Shown here one piece after another: positions 22,105-26,694 of a DNA stretch of 26,694 nt. Below the pieces are notes generated by a model. The model searched no databases and had not been told where the DNA came from. It saw only the letters and a program-made list of their open reading frames with translations. Numbering within the stretch: position 1 is the stretch's first letter; each line of letters begins with the position of its first letter. The DNA is from Octopus sinensis. Lineage: Eukaryota. The position numbers and the translations under genes were made by a program. Location of the stretch: contig NW_021834726.1 of NCBI RefSeq assembly GCF_006345805.1, positions 1 to 26,694 on the forward strand, written 5' to 3'.

Positions 22105-22372
22105 TTGAAATATTGGCACAGGGCCAACAGTTTTTGGTGGGAGGAGGAATTCCATTATTCAGAGCCCTGTATTTCACTGTCAGATATTGAATCGACACCA
22201 AAAGGCTAAAACTGGATCTATATCCCTCTCAAGATTCTTGTTCTTCAACAAAATGTAAAAATAATTCCCCGATAATGAACATTGATCTCGTAATCTGAGC
22301 TCAAAATCAAAAGACGGACGAAGTGCCGTTAGACGTTTTGTCTGGCGTGCTAACAATTCTATCAGATCAGCG
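22105..22372 (-). mobile_element. Old family-A SINE carrying a foreign insert of about 55 bp
   Basis: Head gacggacgaagtgccg..gcgtgctaacaattct and 3' part tggcacagggcc..atcgacaccaaaagg flank an unrelated segment at 22222-22275. Confidence 0.6.
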
Positions 22373-22544
22373 CAATTTACATTTCAACATTAAAAAAATC
22401 AAGTGTGCATATAATTCATCGACATCTACATAAGACAGGCGAACTGTTTCCATAGGTAAGTATCAATAAAATGTAATGAAGGTACGTTTTAAATTTCTAT
22501 TATATATAAAATAACGGTTATCTATGCGGTTACGTCAGCACAAA

Positions 22545-22735
22545 TATGGCGTCGTTGTAAAAAGATATGATTCACATATACATATTTCCGAGTGCGATCT
22601 CACTACGCATGATTTGGGGAAAGTTCTCTGGATTGATCACCTAGAAATATATTGGCAGGATGTCAAGTATTTTGCTCCCTTTTCGTATATTTCGCATGGA
22701 TATAAATGGAAGCCATAAAATGCTACAGTATACGA
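22545..22735 (+). mobile_element. Very old family-B SINE
   Basis: ggcgtcgttgtaaaaag..ttccgagtgcgatctcactacgcatgatttggggaaagt parallels the family-B head. Confidence 0.4.
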
Positions 22736-24461
22736 GGCTGCAGAAAAGAATAAAATAGTACCAGTTCGAAGTATACCGGAACGCCATGTGAAATAACTCA
22801 CATGAATGATTAATATTCATTGCATAAAGAAAGAAGAGCATCCTCAAAATAACGCGAAGAGTGTTTTCTATGAATATTTCAATGCCATATTGTATTACTG
22901 TTGTGTAATCTCCCTTTATATCACTCTCTATATTGTCAGCATCGTACACAATTCAATTTCCTAACTCAATCTAAAACAGCATAGAATGGCAGAAAAAATA
23001 TCTCCGGTATAAAAGCTATTTATTTTTCCGTTATTTTTCTTCCTTTCTATAAAATTAAGATTTAATTCGTTGAAAATTTTCATTCTGGATTTTAAACCTT
23101 CACAATAAAAATAAATAATTAATAAATAATAAAGAAAAACGGACGGAAAGAAATCGCGATTATAAACAAGATCGAAACTTTAAAAAAAAATTCTATCAAT
23201 TTTATCGTTCAAAGATCATTTGAATATCTTCATTGTCCCAACCTCACCCTATGCAAGAAAAAAAGGGGAGGATTCTGTTGGTGGAGGAAATAAATTAAAA
23301 TATTAATAGATTATCATTTCAGTATAATTAGTTCTAAATCCCTTTTCATAAAGCCGTAACCATATCATTCGCCATATGAATGAGTTGACTTTGCATCACA
23401 CATTTTTTTCTGTCATTTTTTTTCTTTTGCTCACTTCCTAATTAAAAACCAAGAAGCATACGATCTTTTCAATATTGATTTTTCCTCTTTTTCTCCTCAT
23501 TGACACGTGGTTACACACTAAAGGTGGAAGGGAACAATTGATTGCATCAACTTAAATATATCACCGACCATTTTTCATTTACCCTTGGATGGAAGAACTA
23601 TGAAATCATAAAGATTACAGGAAGGTAACTAAATAAGGATATCTAACACAAGCTGCCACAAATTTTATTGTTTGAGTCACATCGATCAACACGGACTCTT
23701 CTAACGTCCCAGGATGTCTAACATACAAATTGAGAATATAATCTGATAAGTCGATATAATAGTTTCAAATCCACACATCATATATCAATTTACTAATTTA
23801 AATAGTATTGCTTAGACTGAGGCATTCATTCCGACTTGCCTGTGTTTTAGTTGAAATCATCCATATATCAACTTCTTTTACCATCTTCTTCACGTTGATG
23901 AACTAGGTACCAGTGCACATTAGCTCTTTCACTTTGCCTGTGTGACGATTGGATTGACGAGTTTACGGTAACTTAGTCATCCTGAAATAGGGAAATGCCG
24001 GTTGGAGACCGGTTAGATTTGCATCGGTACACGGAATGGAAAGGGCCATAACAAAATATAACAAGTGTTACGTAGGATGTGAATGAGGAAGAAGCTTTGC
24101 AAATAACACGTTTAACATAAGGCAGTCTTCAGAATAGCATATCATGGGGAGGAAATTGACGATGGGTGTCAGAAATAGGGAAATTACCAGTCTATAAGAC
24201 GCAATATTTTCATAATTTTTACATGTAACAAAAGATTTGCTATGCGCATATGTGACGGTATGTGGTACGAATTCCGAGCATTTGACTGCATGAAAAAAAC
24301 CTTGAATTTATTTTTCAACAAAATATAAAGTTGCCATAGAAGTAGTAATTACGTGAGAGAGCATCTTATATATATATAAGATGTTCCCTCACGTAATTAC
24401 TACTTTTATATCCATACATACATACATGCACACATACACACAAACACATACACACATATAT

Positions 24462-24502
24462 ATACAATGGGCTTCCTTCAGTTTGCATCTACGAAATTCA
24501 CT
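24462..24502 (-). mobile_element. Family-B SINE internal fragment
   Basis: The minus strand agtgaatttcgtagatgcaaactgaaggaagcccattgtata matches gtggatttggtagacggaaactgaaagaagcctgtcgtata at about 4252-4295. Confidence 0.7.
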
Positions 24503-24504
24503 AA

Positions 24505-24655
24505 GGCGGTGAGCTGGCAGAAGCGTTAGAACACTGGGCGAAATGCTTAGCTGCATTTCGTCTGTCTTTACGTTCTAAGTTCAAATTCTGCCAAGATCGA
24601 CTTTGTCTTCCATCATTTTGGGGTCGATAAATTACCAACCAGTAGGGTACTAGGC
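24505..24655 (+). mobile_element. Family-A SINE, 3'-truncated
   Basis: ggcggtgagctggcagaagcgttag..aagttcaaattctgccaagatcgactttgtcttccatcattttggggtcgataaatt. Confidence 0.88.
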
Positions 24656-24658
24656 CGG

Positions 24659-24856
<198 letters not shown>

Positions 24857-24937
24857 TCAGGGTGAATACTTGATAGTTGTAAGCACCTGTATATACCATT
24901 TAGTGGTGTAGGTGATAGAGTATATTAATCAAAATAA

Positions 24938-25211
24938 AAACATGATTCAAAGGATTTAGAGGTACATATGTTTCGGACCTTTATTAGACGGTTTTATAAC
25001 AATGCATAAGTGATGTAAATGTGTGTCTATGGCCTTATTCAGCCGCGTACAATTACTACTTCAAGGACATATATTACATTAGAAGTAGTAATGTAATTGT
25101 ACGCCGCTGAAGAAGGCCATAGATACACATTTACATCACTTATGCATTGTTATAAAACCATCTAATAAAGGCCCGAAACATATGTACTGCTAAATCTTTT
25201 GAATCATGTTT
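24938..25211. repeat. Long inverted repeat (arms 24938-25062 and 25082-25211, 19-nt spacer), probably Penelope-derived
   Basis: By-hand alignment of the left arm to the reverse complement of the right arm gives 8 substitutions and one 5-nt indel over about 125 bp. Confidence 0.95.
25103..25190 (+). ncRNA. Type I hammerhead-ribozyme-like motif (Penelope-type, long stem II)
   Basis: CTGAAGA at 25107-25113, GGCC...GGCC stem II, GAAA at 25175-25178, C-ATAT-G palindromic stem III, a GTA cleavage triplet at 25184-25186, and GCCG/CTGC stem I with one mismatch. Folded by eye. Confidence 0.55.
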
Positions 25212-25312
25212 ATATATATATATATATATATGCACACTACAGTTAGGGCAAATGTGATACAAGGTCTAAAAGTAGTACTCGAATAACGGAAGCAGAGTAA
25301 TATGCCTTATTT

Positions 25313-25377
25313 AACTGTTACTCAGAATTTTACGCTCCCGTTCGTCGGACGAGAACGTGAAACACTGAGTAACAGTT
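25313..25377. repeat. Small inverted repeat with perfect 13-bp outer arms
   Basis: aactgttactcag at 25313-25325 and ctgagtaacagtt at 25365-25377, with further imperfect pairing inside. Confidence 0.85.
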
Positions 25378-25409
25378 GTCGTGATGTCTTTGCAGCTTCT
25401 TTAATACAT

Positions 25410-25411
<2 letters not shown>

Positions 25412-25460
<49 letters not shown>
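25412..25460. repeat. (TG)n microsatellite
   Basis: Directly visible. Confidence 0.97.
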
Positions 25461-25463
<3 letters not shown>

Positions 25464-26299
25464 TATGTATTTACATTTTTCTATATATGCCTAAGAGGAA
25501 GAGAACTAGATACCATAGTTATTGTTCTGATACAAGGTATATTTTAGGAAATTACATTTTTGTGTATCACTTTTCATTCGAGACTAGAAAGAGGATTTTA
25601 TACCAAAACGTCTCAACGTTCGTTGTATTAAGAAAAGATAATTTAATATGAATATTATCTAAATGTTACTGGGTGAATGCTTCAAATAGTTTTGAAATAT
25701 AGACTTACAGAAAATTCCTATAATGTGTGAGACGAAAGAAAATTATAAAAAATGTCCAGGTGATAATAACAGGTGTGTTGCACAATTTTAACAGCACGAA
25801 TACATAATTATAGCGTGCTAAAACATTGTATTGGGATTACAAATTGAATATATATTGGTAAAATACGTTTTTAATTAAGTAGGCAGTTAATCCAATACCA
25901 GTGTGGGAAGATGTCTCGGTTATAACCATAGTACAGTATTAGCTTCTTCGGCAATTTCTTTTTATGTGCACCAGTGTTATTGTTTGTACAATTACCATAA
26001 AGACTATTCTGCTTTTTTTTTTGGTTGAGCTTTTTGTTTTTTCCGAGGATAGACATAGATATATATTGGAGTAAACTGTAGTTTATAAAGCTTTTATTCA
26101 GCTGTTTATGGTTTTTAATCTCGGGAGCTGTTAACCGTATGTAGAGAAATATAACGATAACACGCAAAGGAATGGCAATTTAAAACAACCAGCTCTGTTA
26201 TATAAATTGTGAAAAACACATGCGCCCGTGCGAGGTTTTTATAGTAGTTCTACCGTAAAATCGTTCATTGTAAACCTTTTTTATGTGAGACTCATTACA

Positions 26300-26694
26300 A
26301 ATTAATTGGTCATGAAATGACTATATTACAGACAGGTTTACTCCTAAATTGGTTATCTGGCATTTGGAAAAGCTCAGGGAATCGAGAAGACGCTGTAGTT
26401 CGCCTCCGAATTCTATAAGATACATTCTTCAAATGTTACTCTAATGTAAATATTTTATTAGGCATATCAATGCAATTTCATCACATTATTTCGTTGCCAA
26501 GATAAAATATTAACGCATATTTAAAATCAGAACTTGGTGTCAATCCAATTTTCATAATAAAACAACGCAGATTAATTGGTGATTCCATCTATTTCTTGGA
26601 CTATCACTATACTCAATCTCTAAATAACTTCCATACCATTCCGACAAAGGCTATATACCAAGTCGTTACATTCGAACTACATACAGAGAGCTAC
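26300..26694 (+). mobile_element. Decayed RTE-like LINE ORF2 C-terminal fossil, running off the window
   Basis: By-eye translations LSGIWKSSGNREDAVVRL, LLGISMQFHH and NAYLKSELGVNPIFIIKQRRL occur in the order of the RTE motifs L.KIWKS...K.RL, ILGISW..H..N and P....I+.RRL. Confidence 0.45.

Noticed and set aside
22440-22462. Consensus donor TAG|gtaagt, possibly ending a 17-nt micro-exon
   Set aside because: The acceptor lacks a pyrimidine tract and longer upstream frames are closed; it cannot be supported without RNA data.
22641-22949. 102-aa minus ORF and a 97-nt exon-like segment (22737-22641) with a strong acceptor
   Set aside because: It overlaps an old family-B SINE in antisense, and there is no homology support.
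24014-24024. Perfect octamer ATTTGCAT
   Set aside because: It is isolated, with no snRNA-like gene or other supporting motif nearby.

Overview
This is AT-rich eukaryotic intronic/intergenic DNA, heavily loaded with microsatellites. The recurring tRNA-derived SINE families resemble those I recall from octopus genomes, so a coleoid cephalopod source is inferred rather than shown. I cannot assign a host gene; only a few low-confidence orphan exon candidates are present, and nearly all long ORFs in the supplied track are microsatellite or antisense artefacts. Well-supported content: (1) a 5'-truncated L1/Tx1-clade LINE (17233-18395, minus) inserted with a 16-bp target-site duplication (TSD) inside a (GATA)n array; (2) a decayed Tc1/mariner transposase (about 9880-10848, plus) split by a SINE with a 17-bp TSD; (3) more than 20 full or partial SINE copies from at least three families, including a SINE nested inside its own family; (4) old L2/CR1-like and RTE-like LINE fossils. 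The most unusual structure is a 274-bp palindrome (24938-25211) whose arms each carry a Penelope-type hammerhead-ribozyme-like motif, with a second small hammerhead-like palindrome about 100 bp downstream. All alignments and folds were done by eye.
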